46,932 bases of DNA from Patescibacteria group bacterium. GTDB lineage: Bacteria; Patescibacteriota; Minisyncoccia; Phycocordibacterales; JAGLPS01. Location: contig JBBUCK010000031.1 of NCBI GenBank assembly GCA_038057845.1, positions 12,669 through 59,600 on the forward strand, written 5' to 3'. The translations under genes were made by a program, and so were the position numbers. The notes below the pieces were generated by a model, which ran no database searches, was not told the origin of the DNA, and saw only the letters and a program-made list of their open reading frames with translations. The first letter of the stretch is position 1. Every line of letters begins with the position of its first letter. Below, piece by piece: positions 1-8,286 of the stretch.

Positions 1-53
1 GCATGCGCCTGAAGAGCGCGGGGTCGCCGGTTCAAATCCGGCTCTCGGCACCA
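1..53 (+). tRNA. 3' part of a type-II (long variable arm) tRNA, probably tRNA-Leu; the 5' part lies outside the window
   Basis: T-arm GCCGG-TTCAAAT-CCGGC, acceptor 3' strand TCTCGGC, discriminator A and an encoded CCA ending at 53. The upstream GCGCC..GAGCGC helix looks like a long variable arm. Confidence 0.65.
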
Positions 54-177
54 GAAAATAAGATTGTTAAAGGTAAAAGGGGAGTACAATGGTCAAAAAT
101 TGACTATTGTACTAAAACGTGATACAATCAACATCTGGTTAAGATAAGTTCTTTTCAAAACAAAAAAGGAGAGTGAA

Positions 178-528
178 ATGAAAATATTAATTCTGTTTTT
201 CTGTGCGTGGTTTGTGATTTTCTGTGTCTGGTGTGTTTTAGGTTTTGCGCACGGCACCATTAGGTGGTTCTTGTTTGGTAAGCGCGGCCGTTTGTCATTT
301 ATACGTGTTAATGCTCGTGAAAATATGATTGAATGGTATGCGTCCGAAATTGACTGCTCCAAGATTCCTTCTTGGCTGAAAGTATGTGGCCGGCATGAAT
401 CTGTGCAAAAAGTTATACCAAGCTTTTTTATGCAAAGTACCTTGCTTGGTTTGCTCTACGTCGTGTCTTGTATTTTCACTCTAGTTTTTTATCGGAAGGA
501 AAAGGTCTTCAGTCCCTACTTCCAATAA
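178..528 (+). CDS. hypothetical small membrane protein
   Basis: ATG preceded by AAAGGAGAG. Hydrophobic N-terminal and C-terminal segments. No family recognised. Confidence 0.55.
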   Translation: MKILILFFCAWFVIFCVWCVLGFAHGTIRWFLFGKRGRLSFIRVNARENMIEWYASEIDCSKIPSWLKVCGRHESVQKVIPSFFMQSTLLGLLYVVSCIFTLVFYRKEKVFSPYFQ

Positions 529-592
529 TCACATTTCTGGTTTCCGGCTGGTTTTCCCTAAAAACCAGCCTTTTTGTTATAATGAAAATCAT

Positions 593-1039
593 ATGAAAAG
601 ATTTATTGAAGGATTTGACTACAATTTTATTGCATTTGCCCGTGGGGCATATCTTCCACTGTCACGTTTAGCGCTCTTCATTATTTATTTTTGGTTTGGT
701 ATTTTGAAAATTTTGGATACGAGCGCGGCAATTCCAATAGTTCATAAACTTATGGAGAAGACATTTCTTATTTCTTTAATGACTCCTGAAACTTTTCTTG
801 TTATTTTTTCTATATATGAAATGGCTATTGGTATTCTTTTCCTTTTTCCTCGTTTTACACGCCTCGCGATTTTTCTCTTCTCACTTCACATGGTGATGAC
901 GATTATGCCTCTTTTTCTTCTTCCAGAAATTAGCTGGCAAAGTTTTTTCACTCCGACGCTTGAAGGTCAGTACATCGTCAAGAATCTTGCTTTGATTGCA
1001 TTAGTGATGGGTATTGGAGGCAAACTTATTTCAAAATAG
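593..1039 (+). CDS. small multi-pass membrane protein (DoxX/DUF417-like by composition only)
   Basis: 148 aa with about four hydrophobic helices. Clean ORF ending at a long inverted-repeat terminator. Confidence 0.6.
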   Translation: MKRFIEGFDYNFIAFARGAYLPLSRLALFIIYFWFGILKILDTSAAIPIVHKLMEKTFLISLMTPETFLVIFSIYEMAIGILFLFPRFTRLAIFLFSLHMVMTIMPLFLLPEISWQSFFTPTLEGQYIVKNLALIALVMGIGGKLISK

Positions 1040-1042
1040 GAC

Positions 1043-1118
1043 AAACTAAAAATCGCCCTTCGACTTTGCGCTTCGTCCCGAGACTCAGCACCGAGGGGCT
1101 CAGGGCGATTTTTAGTTT
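1043..1118. terminator. bidirectional terminator-like 17-bp perfect inverted repeat enclosing a 42-nt GC-rich insert
   Basis: AAACTAAAAATCGCCCT (1043-1059) pairs with AGGGCGATTTTTAGTTT (1102-1118). It lies between convergent genes. Confidence 0.55.
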
Positions 1119-1590
1119 AAATTGTGCTTCGGACTTTAAGTTTGGTTTGTTTGTCTTTATTTATTTTCGGTAGTCGGATAATAAGAAGACCATGTTTTTC
1201 CATTGCTTCTGCTCCTTCAACATCAACTTCTTCTGGCAATAGAACTGTGCGTGAAAATGACCCCCAATAGAGCTCACGGTGAAAATAATTATCCTCTTCA
1301 ACCACTCGCTCATTTTCTCGTTTTCCGCGAATTGTTACCATGTCGCGAGTTATATCAATATCAAGGTCTTCAGGTTTTACGCCAGCAACCATTGTTTTAA
1401 CAACTATTTCCGCCGCAGTTTGGTAGACATCCACTGTTAACTGACCATCCGTATTTTCTTCTTCCATCCAAGAACCGCTGTCTTTGCGGGAAACACTTTT
1501 TTCGGGAACCTCTTCATCGAGAATATCATCATCGCTAATGCGGATTGACCCTGTCAGTTTTTCGAAAAATGATCGTTTATCCTTTGACAT
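1117..1590 (-). CDS. Hsp20/alpha-crystallin family small heat-shock protein
   Basis: Alpha-crystallin domain pattern: LTVDVYQT..VKPEDLDIDITRDMVTIRGKRE...FSRTVLLPEEVD...GLLIIRLPK. Confidence 0.9.
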   Translation of the reverse strand: MSKDKRSFFEKLTGSIRISDDDILDEEVPEKSVSRKDSGSWMEEENTDGQLTVDVYQTAAEIVVKTMVAGVKPEDLDIDITRDMVTIRGKRENERVVEEDNYFHRELYWGSFSRTVLLPEEVDVEGAEAMEKHGLLIIRLPKINKDKQTKLKVRSTI

Positions 1591-1597
1591 ATAAATT

Positions 1598-2386
1598 CTA
1601 ATTTATTACTTTATAGGTTCTAATCTTCTTAATTCTCTCCAAAAATAGCATTAAGGCAATAATCGCTACCCAGACAAAGACAAAAACAGTGAGTACATGT
1701 ATGCCGTCGTCTTTCATTATAAAGAAGTTAAAAGCAGTATGCAATATGCCAGCCGAGGAAATTCCCCAGAAAAGAGATACTCGCTTATCGTGTTTCTTTT
1801 TGTAAAAAGAAAGGGCCATAAAAATACCAATTGTTGCCGAGGCGACCGTGTGGAGAAGTGTCGCGCCGATAAAACGCAGATTGCCGGTTATAATGCTGTT
1901 GGAAATACCTTCCGGCAATGGTCCTTGAAGCAGTTGCATAATAAACAATGTATTCTCAAGCGCGGCGAACCCAAGGGCTGTTGTAATGAGATAAATGACC
2001 GCATCGACGGGCTCATCGGTTTCTTTTTTACGCAGTACAGCCAAATATGATGCTCCAAATTTAAATATTTCTTCAAAAAAAGCCCATATGCTAAATAGGA
2101 CAATGATAGAGAATGGAGATAGTGCATACATAAGGTTCACGTCCTGAAGTGATGCGCAGGAAAGTTTCTGACCGACTCCCTGCATGCTACCGCAAACAAT
2201 ATCCCATGTTATTTTCTCAAGAGGAAGTATAAATGGAACAGCAAGCATGCCGGCAAAAAAAGCAAGAGCAATAAATTTTTTTGGTTCAGGATGTTTTCTA
2301 TCTTCGTGCAACCAAAACCAAAGCCATATAAGAGCAGGGAAAATTCCTCCCAAGAGCGCGAAGAAAAAAAGGTACGGAGTTATCAT
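1598..2386 (-). CDS. prsW: PrsW-family intramembrane metalloprotease
   Basis: Multi-pass membrane protein with FFEEIFKFGA (EExxK), ALENTLF and LHTAFNF (HxxxN) motifs. It lies 7 bp upstream of hsp20 on the same strand. Confidence 0.8.
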   Translation of the reverse strand: MITPYLFFFALLGGIFPALIWLWFWLHEDRKHPEPKKFIALAFFAGMLAVPFILPLEKITWDIVCGSMQGVGQKLSCASLQDVNLMYALSPFSIIVLFSIWAFFEEIFKFGASYLAVLRKKETDEPVDAVIYLITTALGFAALENTLFIMQLLQGPLPEGISNSIITGNLRFIGATLLHTVASATIGIFMALSFYKKKHDKRVSLFWGISSAGILHTAFNFFIMKDDGIHVLTVFVFVWVAIIALMLFLERIKKIRTYKVIN

Positions 2387-2520
2387 GCTGTAATGTTAAG
2401 CGGCCCGCTTTGAGGCGAGGCTCGCTCAACACAATCAAGCGGCCACTTTTCAACTATCAAAAGACCATCATTTTTTATGATGGGTGTATCTTTTAATGAG
2501 TTGTTAAAATGATCCATCAT
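2383..2520 (-). CDS. possible 45-aa upstream ORF overlapping the prsW start (ATGA overlap)
   Basis: Found by hand translation (MMDHFNNSLKDTPIIKNDG...). Below the ORF-track cutoff and no family recognised. Confidence 0.2.
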   Translation of the reverse strand: MMDHFNNSLKDTPIIKNDGLLIVEKWPLDCVERASPQSGPLNITA

Positions 2521-2537
2521 CTGGTGTTTGTGAATAT

Positions 2538-3455
2538 TTAAACTAAAAGTTTTGTAATGTCATCTTCATTTAAAAATTTATCCAATACGCGTTCATAGAG
2601 CTCGTATCTCCACTTCTGGGTTCCGGGCCATTGATGCATTCTAACAACAGCCCAAATTAACCTTAATAACACAAAATCATTTTTGTATACAGACAATGGT
2701 GGTAATGCATGCGACGTTAATACCCTGTCTATCATATCAAAATAAATATCAATTTGTACCGTTGTGAATGAATACGTTCTTTGGGGGTTATTGCTTTTTT
2801 TTGAAGAGTTTAAAATGTACGTGGTGTATATATTTGTTACCATATCATAACCTAATGGTGCATATCCAAAACTTTCAATGTCAATTACCCCTTTTGGAAA
2901 AATGTTTGCGGGATGAAAATCGCCATGAGTTAAAGCTGTTGGAAATACTGATAACGAACTCAATGCTCTGTTCACGGCTTCTATTGTTGCTTCATGTAAA
3001 TCAGGTCTTTCTTCTTTAAGAACATCATTCCGAAGTAAAGATTTTGTAAACTTTTCTTTTTTATTGCATTCTCTTAGTGTCTTAATTTGAGCCTGTAAAA
3101 ATAATTCTGTGATATTCAAAAACTGTTTAAAGTGAATGTCTTTAATCTTACTAGCATTCTTACTATCGCTTGCGAAAAGAGTCTCGAAGTTTACTCTACC
3201 TACCATTTCTTCAATGTAGTAGAATGTATCATTCTCTCTATACTCCTTGTATATTTTCGGCACAGGGAATCCCAGTTCTAACAAATATTTCTGCGTCAGG
3301 CACTCTTTTTCCAAAATACCTTTTGGTCCACAGCGTAGGAAGTTATTAGTTCCTTTATAAATTAGTACAGAAGTAAACTCTCTTTCTTTAATGAAAAAAA
3401 AATTCTCCCCATTAATAACTTTCGTGTTCTTTTCTTTCATACTGATAAAAATCAA
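2538..3455 (-). CDS. APH/choline-kinase-family phosphotransferase
   Basis: Brenner motif HGDFHPANIF followed by DIESFGYAPLGYD. The track start at 3455 is TTG and overlaps the upstream stop (TTGA). An ATG at 3440 (MKEKNTK) is an alternative start. Confidence 0.75.
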   Translation of the reverse strand: MIFISMKEKNTKVINGENFFFIKEREFTSVLIYKGTNNFLRCGPKGILEKECLTQKYLLELGFPVPKIYKEYRENDTFYYIEEMVGRVNFETLFASDSKNASKIKDIHFKQFLNITELFLQAQIKTLRECNKKEKFTKSLLRNDVLKEERPDLHEATIEAVNRALSSLSVFPTALTHGDFHPANIFPKGVIDIESFGYAPLGYDMVTNIYTTYILNSSKKSNNPQRTYSFTTVQIDIYFDMIDRVLTSHALPPLSVYKNDFVLLRLIWAVVRMHQWPGTQKWRYELYERVLDKFLNEDDITKLLV

Positions 3456-4135
3456 ACTAAGGGAGAACCCTTTTTTGCGATAATGGTTACTTTTTTAGCT
3501 ATAAAATAAAATTTACCTTCAACACCCGATCGATCCTTTTCTTTGTAGATTTCAAACATTATTGAGACATCCCAATTTTTATATATCTCATTACACCACT
3601 TAAGTAAAGTTACACTGGAGAGATTAGCCTCGTTTTCTACTTGAATTTTTCCAGAATCAGACTGTCTTTTTATATCTACAAAGATACTAATGTAGTGTTG
3701 CCCTTGTGATTTTGTTATTTTAACAAGCCTATCAAGCAAACTTTCGACCTTCTCTCTAGGTAAATAGTGTAGAACATCCTTAGCAACAACAAAATCAAAA
3801 TCACCCTTAGGTTCAAAGAAAAATAAATCTTCTCGAATCACCTTTATTTTTTTATGTTGTTCTTCAAGCTGCAGTCTATTAGTAAAGTATTTTTTAGGGA
3901 TAAAATCAATAGCATCTACAATAAAACCCCTTCTCGCCATAGCTAGAGAATAGTTGCCATAACCATATCCCAAATCCAGTGCCTTTGCTTCTTTAGGCAC
4001 AGGCTGCGCATTCAATATTTCCTTAAACTCAGTAGTAACTTCTTCAAATAAATTCTCTGTATTTGGTAACTTGTTTTTTATGACATTTTCATAAAAAGTC
4101 TTGATAAAACTTTTTTTCTTTATAATAATTTTCAT
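3452..4135 (-). CDS. class I SAM-dependent methyltransferase
   Basis: Motif I ALDLGYGYGNYSLAMARRG, then acidic DAIDF and post-I/II pattern. Confidence 0.8.
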   Translation of the reverse strand: MKIIIKKKSFIKTFYENVIKNKLPNTENLFEEVTTEFKEILNAQPVPKEAKALDLGYGYGNYSLAMARRGFIVDAIDFIPKKYFTNRLQLEEQHKKIKVIREDLFFFEPKGDFDFVVAKDVLHYLPREKVESLLDRLVKITKSQGQHYISIFVDIKRQSDSGKIQVENEANLSSVTLLKWCNEIYKNWDVSIMFEIYKEKDRSGVEGKFYFIAKKVTIIAKKGSPLV

Positions 4136-4162
4136 GCAGTAATAATATATCCCGACTTCTTT

Positions 4163-5533
4163 CTAAATAAGGTTAAATGTGATTGGATATCCAGGTTTTT
4201 TAATCGATTCTGTAAGAGCCTGAACAAGTCGCATAACAGGAACGTGATGTTTTAGTTGACTTTTATTTTCATCACCACTTAACCATAGTGACATAAGCTT
4301 TCGATTACTGTCACTATGGAAAAGACCACTAAAAGTTTCTTCGAAATTATATTCCTCATCAAGTAATAATGAAGCGTTTGCACGAGATGACACCCTTGCA
4401 AAAGCATCAATTCTTTTAACCTCTTTAACTCCACGAATTGGAACATCGTAACATTCTACCTTTATCGAATATAGAGTAGAGAGTTGCGCTTCCAAATCAA
4501 CATTTGAAGTACGCCCGTTCTTGTTGTAGATATTATCTGGAATTTCTTTCCAGGAACGAATCGATGGCGTCGTTTGTTCAAACGACATTGTACCCAATGT
4601 AATTGTTTTGCCAGTTTCCTTATTTTGTAAACAAAATGTGGTAGTAATATCCGTTTCCCCATATAAAAAATGATCTTCACCAATTGAAGACCAGTTCGGG
4701 CAATTATCGTCAAAAAGGTCACTAAATTTTTTTGAAATTCGATCATTTTGATCTACTGGATACGCAGCGTATGAGCTTAATGTTAATGTAAGTGTATCTT
4801 TTGGAAATAATAATTTATTTAAACACAAAAACTGTGTAGTTAAGTCAATATAGTGGTATGCACCGTGCATTAACATTCCATAACCGTACTTATATGGATG
4901 ATCTTCTCTTGTTTCGTACTCTCGATGCAAGTTCCAAACCCCCCCAGCTGTTCTAAAATGAAATGAAGTAAGTGGCGCTTTAAAAGCCAACAATTTTTCT
5001 TTCAATACATCAATGACAGTATCATTATAAATTTTATGATATCTACCAAGTGTCATGACCGAGTGTTTTGCATTACTTTGTTCTGCTTTATGCACCAAGT
5101 CCCACATCGTTTGTTCTATTAAAGCAGGGGTGAATTTACCTGCCACAAAGGGCGCAAAAATAGGCTTTTCAGTTAAAGAATCAATTTCATTTTCAACACA
5201 ATATTTAAGATATCCTTCATGTGCCTTCAGCTCAGTAGCTATATAAATTTTTAATTTTCCTTTTTCTTTTTTTAATACTTCAAAAATAGGTTCAAAGTCT
5301 TTTGGATCAGACCACACACCTTTTCCTTTTGGATCTGGAATATAATAAACTTTCTCAGGTCTTAACTTCATCTGCTGTATTTTTTTATCAATTACACGTT
5401 TTTGTGACTGAAGATCAATAATTGAATATGAATCAACATGGCTTTCTTTGACTGCTCTCTCAATGCACGAGATATATTTATTTGCAACAATTTCATCAAA
5501 ACCGACAATTACTAAGTGAGCTCTTTTATCCAT
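4163..5533 (-). CDS. Gfo/Idh/MocA-like oxidoreductase-fold protein (function uncertain)
   Basis: N-terminal HLVIVGFDEIVANKY strand-loop and IATELKAHEGYLKYCVENEIDSLTEKP resemble the nucleotide-binding half and EKP motif of Gfo/Idh/MocA enzymes. The glycine-rich loop is degenerate. Confidence 0.5.
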   Translation of the reverse strand: MDKRAHLVIVGFDEIVANKYISCIERAVKESHVDSYSIIDLQSQKRVIDKKIQQMKLRPEKVYYIPDPKGKGVWSDPKDFEPIFEVLKKEKGKLKIYIATELKAHEGYLKYCVENEIDSLTEKPIFAPFVAGKFTPALIEQTMWDLVHKAEQSNAKHSVMTLGRYHKIYNDTVIDVLKEKLLAFKAPLTSFHFRTAGGVWNLHREYETREDHPYKYGYGMLMHGAYHYIDLTTQFLCLNKLLFPKDTLTLTLSSYAAYPVDQNDRISKKFSDLFDDNCPNWSSIGEDHFLYGETDITTTFCLQNKETGKTITLGTMSFEQTTPSIRSWKEIPDNIYNKNGRTSNVDLEAQLSTLYSIKVECYDVPIRGVKEVKRIDAFARVSSRANASLLLDEEYNFEETFSGLFHSDSNRKLMSLWLSGDENKSQLKHHVPVMRLVQALTESIKKPGYPITFNLI

Positions 5534-5539
5534 ACACTT

Positions 5540-7813
5540 TTATTTAGGCCATTTTGAAACCATCAAAAGATCGCTGTCTTTTTTTGGTAAAAATTTCCAA
5601 ATTTCCTCTGTGACAAATGGCATGAACGGATGAAGTATTTTAAGCAACACTGTTAAGAGGTTATACAAGGTATACTGGCACGAAAGCTTTGCTTCTGCGT
5701 TCTTACTATCCAAAATTAACTTCGACTCTTCAATAATCTTGTCGGCTACTTCGTGCCATATATAGTGATATATTTTCTCGGCGGCAAGATATAAACGATA
5801 GTTTTCAAAATCATTCGTCACGTCTGCCACTAACGCTTCAAGCTGTTTCGTAATTTCTTCATCTTTTTGAGTAGGAGAAACAAGTTGTGCATAATCTATG
5901 CCGTCAGTATTTTCAAGAATAAAGCGTGCAATGTTCCACAGCTTATTCGCAAAGTGCTTGTATCCTTTTGTTTTGTCTTCATCGAACTTGATGTCATTAC
6001 CAATTGCCGTTCCGACAAGTAGTCCCATTCGTAATGCATCTGCACCATATTTTTCTATAATTTCGAGTGGATTAATTCCGTTTCCAAGCGACTTACTGAA
6101 TTTGCGTCCAGTTTTATCTCGCACCAGACCATGAATCATCACTGTCCTAAATGGGACTTGCCCAAGGTGAAAACCGCTCATCAGAATCATTCGCGAAACC
6201 CAAAGAGGAAGAATTTCATACGCTGGAGACATGAATGACGTTGGGTGGAAGGTTACTAAATCATTTGTTTTCTTCGGCCAACCGAGGGTTGAGAATGTCC
6301 AAAGGGCGGAAGAAAACCATGTATCAAGAACGTCTTCTTCTTGCTTCCAACCTGCACCTTCAGGGGCTTCCACACCGCAAAAAATTTCAATCCCTCGACT
6401 ATCGCTCGGGATACCGTCCGACTTGCCGTGAGCACCGGTCGAACGGTACCAAACAGGAATACGATGTCCAAACCATATTTGACGTGACACACACCAATCT
6501 CTCAAGTTGTCAATCCAGTGGAAATAGATTTTTCTGAACCTTTCTTGTGGCATATTCACAGCACCACTTTCAACACTCTTTCGCATTATCTCTTTCAGAG
6601 AAGTCTGCTCTCCGCTTTTGATACTTGTGATTTCAGAGTGTTGGATTGTAAACTTTTTATTGACACTAATCCACCACTGTAGTTTTGGAAGAGGTTCAAT
6701 AATAGCCCCAGTTCTTTCAGAAGTTGGTACGTTTTGTTTTATACTCTCTTCCTTTTCGAGTAAATCTTGTTCTTTAAGCCAATCGACAACGATTTCACAA
6801 GCTTCTAATGTTTTTTTCCCACTTAGACGTCCTTCAACTATCATTTTCGCGTACTCATTGATTACTTGTGGTCGTTGTAGGTCATGCCGATCAGCTATTT
6901 CCCAATCAATTTGACTATGCGCCGGTGTAACACCTAGCGCGCCTGTACCGAACTCCTTTTCCACAGAGTGATCAGCTATGATTTTAATACGAATGGGAAC
7001 ATCACAAAACGTCAGATTATACTCCCTACCTACGTAAGCTTTATATCGCTCATCGTTAGGATGCACAGCTACAGCCACATCACCCACTTTTGTCTCCGGG
7101 CGCGTGGTCGAGACCATTATTGGAAATTCTTTGGAATATTTAAACGTATAGAGTTTAGTGTCACGCTCTTCGTACACTATTTCATCATCAGAAATAGTTG
7201 TCTGACCTTTAGGATCCCAATTTACAATGCGATTACCGCGATAAATTAGCCCCTCATCATACATTCGTTTAAATGCAGTAGAAACAGCAAGGTTGCGTTT
7301 TTCATCAAGCGTATATGCGTACCGACTCCAGTCAAGTGACCCGCCCATTCGATGTATCTGGTTCAGGATTGTTTTTTCACTATTTTTGGCAAAATCAGAA
7401 ACGCGACGTACTAATTCTTGTCGACCAAGATTGTGTCGATTTTTCCCTTCCTCTTTCTGGATATTCTTTTCTACTCGAGCCTGCGTGGCTATAGCAGCTG
7501 AGTCAGTACCGGGAATCCATAACGTTCGTTTTCCGCACATTCGCTGGTACCTGATAACAGCATCTTGCAAAGAATATTCATACGCATGACCAAGATGAAG
7601 TAAGCCAGTAACATTTGGTGGTGGCAAAACGATTGTAAATGTTTCTGCTTTGGGGTCTGTAACTCCTTTTTCAACACAAATATCAGGATTAAAAAAACCG
7701 CTCTTTTCCCACACTTCATAGATTCTTTTTTCCGTTTCTTTCGGGTCGTAAGGTTTTAGCAGTTTGTCGTCCATCCCGATAGTGTTTAATTTGGTAATAT
7801 GATTATCTCTCAT
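5540..7813 (-). CDS. valS: valyl-tRNA synthetase (short form, 757 aa)
   Basis: HIGH region PPPNVTGLLHLGHA, KMSKS region KFSKSLGN and an editing-domain-sized insertion. M14 (MDDKLLKPYDP) is an alternative start. Confidence 0.93.
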   Translation of the reverse strand: MRDNHITKLNTIGMDDKLLKPYDPKETEKRIYEVWEKSGFFNPDICVEKGVTDPKAETFTIVLPPPNVTGLLHLGHAYEYSLQDAVIRYQRMCGKRTLWIPGTDSAAIATQARVEKNIQKEEGKNRHNLGRQELVRRVSDFAKNSEKTILNQIHRMGGSLDWSRYAYTLDEKRNLAVSTAFKRMYDEGLIYRGNRIVNWDPKGQTTISDDEIVYEERDTKLYTFKYSKEFPIMVSTTRPETKVGDVAVAVHPNDERYKAYVGREYNLTFCDVPIRIKIIADHSVEKEFGTGALGVTPAHSQIDWEIADRHDLQRPQVINEYAKMIVEGRLSGKKTLEACEIVVDWLKEQDLLEKEESIKQNVPTSERTGAIIEPLPKLQWWISVNKKFTIQHSEITSIKSGEQTSLKEIMRKSVESGAVNMPQERFRKIYFHWIDNLRDWCVSRQIWFGHRIPVWYRSTGAHGKSDGIPSDSRGIEIFCGVEAPEGAGWKQEEDVLDTWFSSALWTFSTLGWPKKTNDLVTFHPTSFMSPAYEILPLWVSRMILMSGFHLGQVPFRTVMIHGLVRDKTGRKFSKSLGNGINPLEIIEKYGADALRMGLLVGTAIGNDIKFDEDKTKGYKHFANKLWNIARFILENTDGIDYAQLVSPTQKDEEITKQLEALVADVTNDFENYRLYLAAEKIYHYIWHEVADKIIEESKLILDSKNAEAKLSCQYTLYNLLTVLLKILHPFMPFVTEEIWKFLPKKDSDLLMVSKWPK

Positions 7814-7983
7814 TTTAATACTTCCCGCACAGCAAAAACAACGTAGACATAATAAAACTGGTTAACACTATCGGGATCCATAGTATATAGAATATTGCTC
7901 TAAATATAGCATAGCTCGCACGCTTTTCAGAATTTCTCTGCTCGAATATTTAAATGATTAAAATTACAAAAAGAACTTTATTT

Positions 7984-8096
7984 ATAAAGGACATTTGTAG
8001 AAGTTGAGCATGGTATAAATGTCCTTTATCAATAATTCATTACTACATAAAGTACTTTTTAGGTTGTATAAAGGACTTTTTTGGTATAAAAGACAT
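7984..8096. promoter_or_regulatory. array of TATAAAGGAC-type boxes in the valS / giant-gene divergent region
   Basis: ATAAAGGACATTT (7984-7996) has a perfect inverse, AAATGTCCTTTAT (8017-8029). Further copies are TATAAAGGAC (8067-8076) and TATAAAAGACAT (8085-8096). Confidence 0.35.
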
Positions 8097-8286
8097 ATTC
8101 TATATTATGGCTTAAAATAAAGCTTTATCTTAAGCCTCATTTAAGTGATGTAGTGGGGGATAGCGTTGACAATAATAGAAAAATGAGTAGTGTGACAAAC
8201 ATCTAAATAAGATTGTTTGGAGGTTCTATTATTCGTCATGTTTTTACCTGTTCTCTTCAAATCAGGTAAAGAACAATAAAGTTATT

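Noticed and set aside
5898-7719. Numerous 60-100-aa ORFs on both strands inside valS (for example 5898-6134, 6235-6537, 6618-6914, 7293-7589)
   Set aside because: They are shadow ORFs fully embedded in a well-supported 757-aa ValRS frame. They have no start signals and low-complexity, unprotein-like translations.
7814-8286. T-box leader upstream of valS (and likewise upstream of the hisS-like gene)
   Set aside because: No GGTGGTACC-type T-box sequence or specifier-loop architecture was found on the relevant strand.
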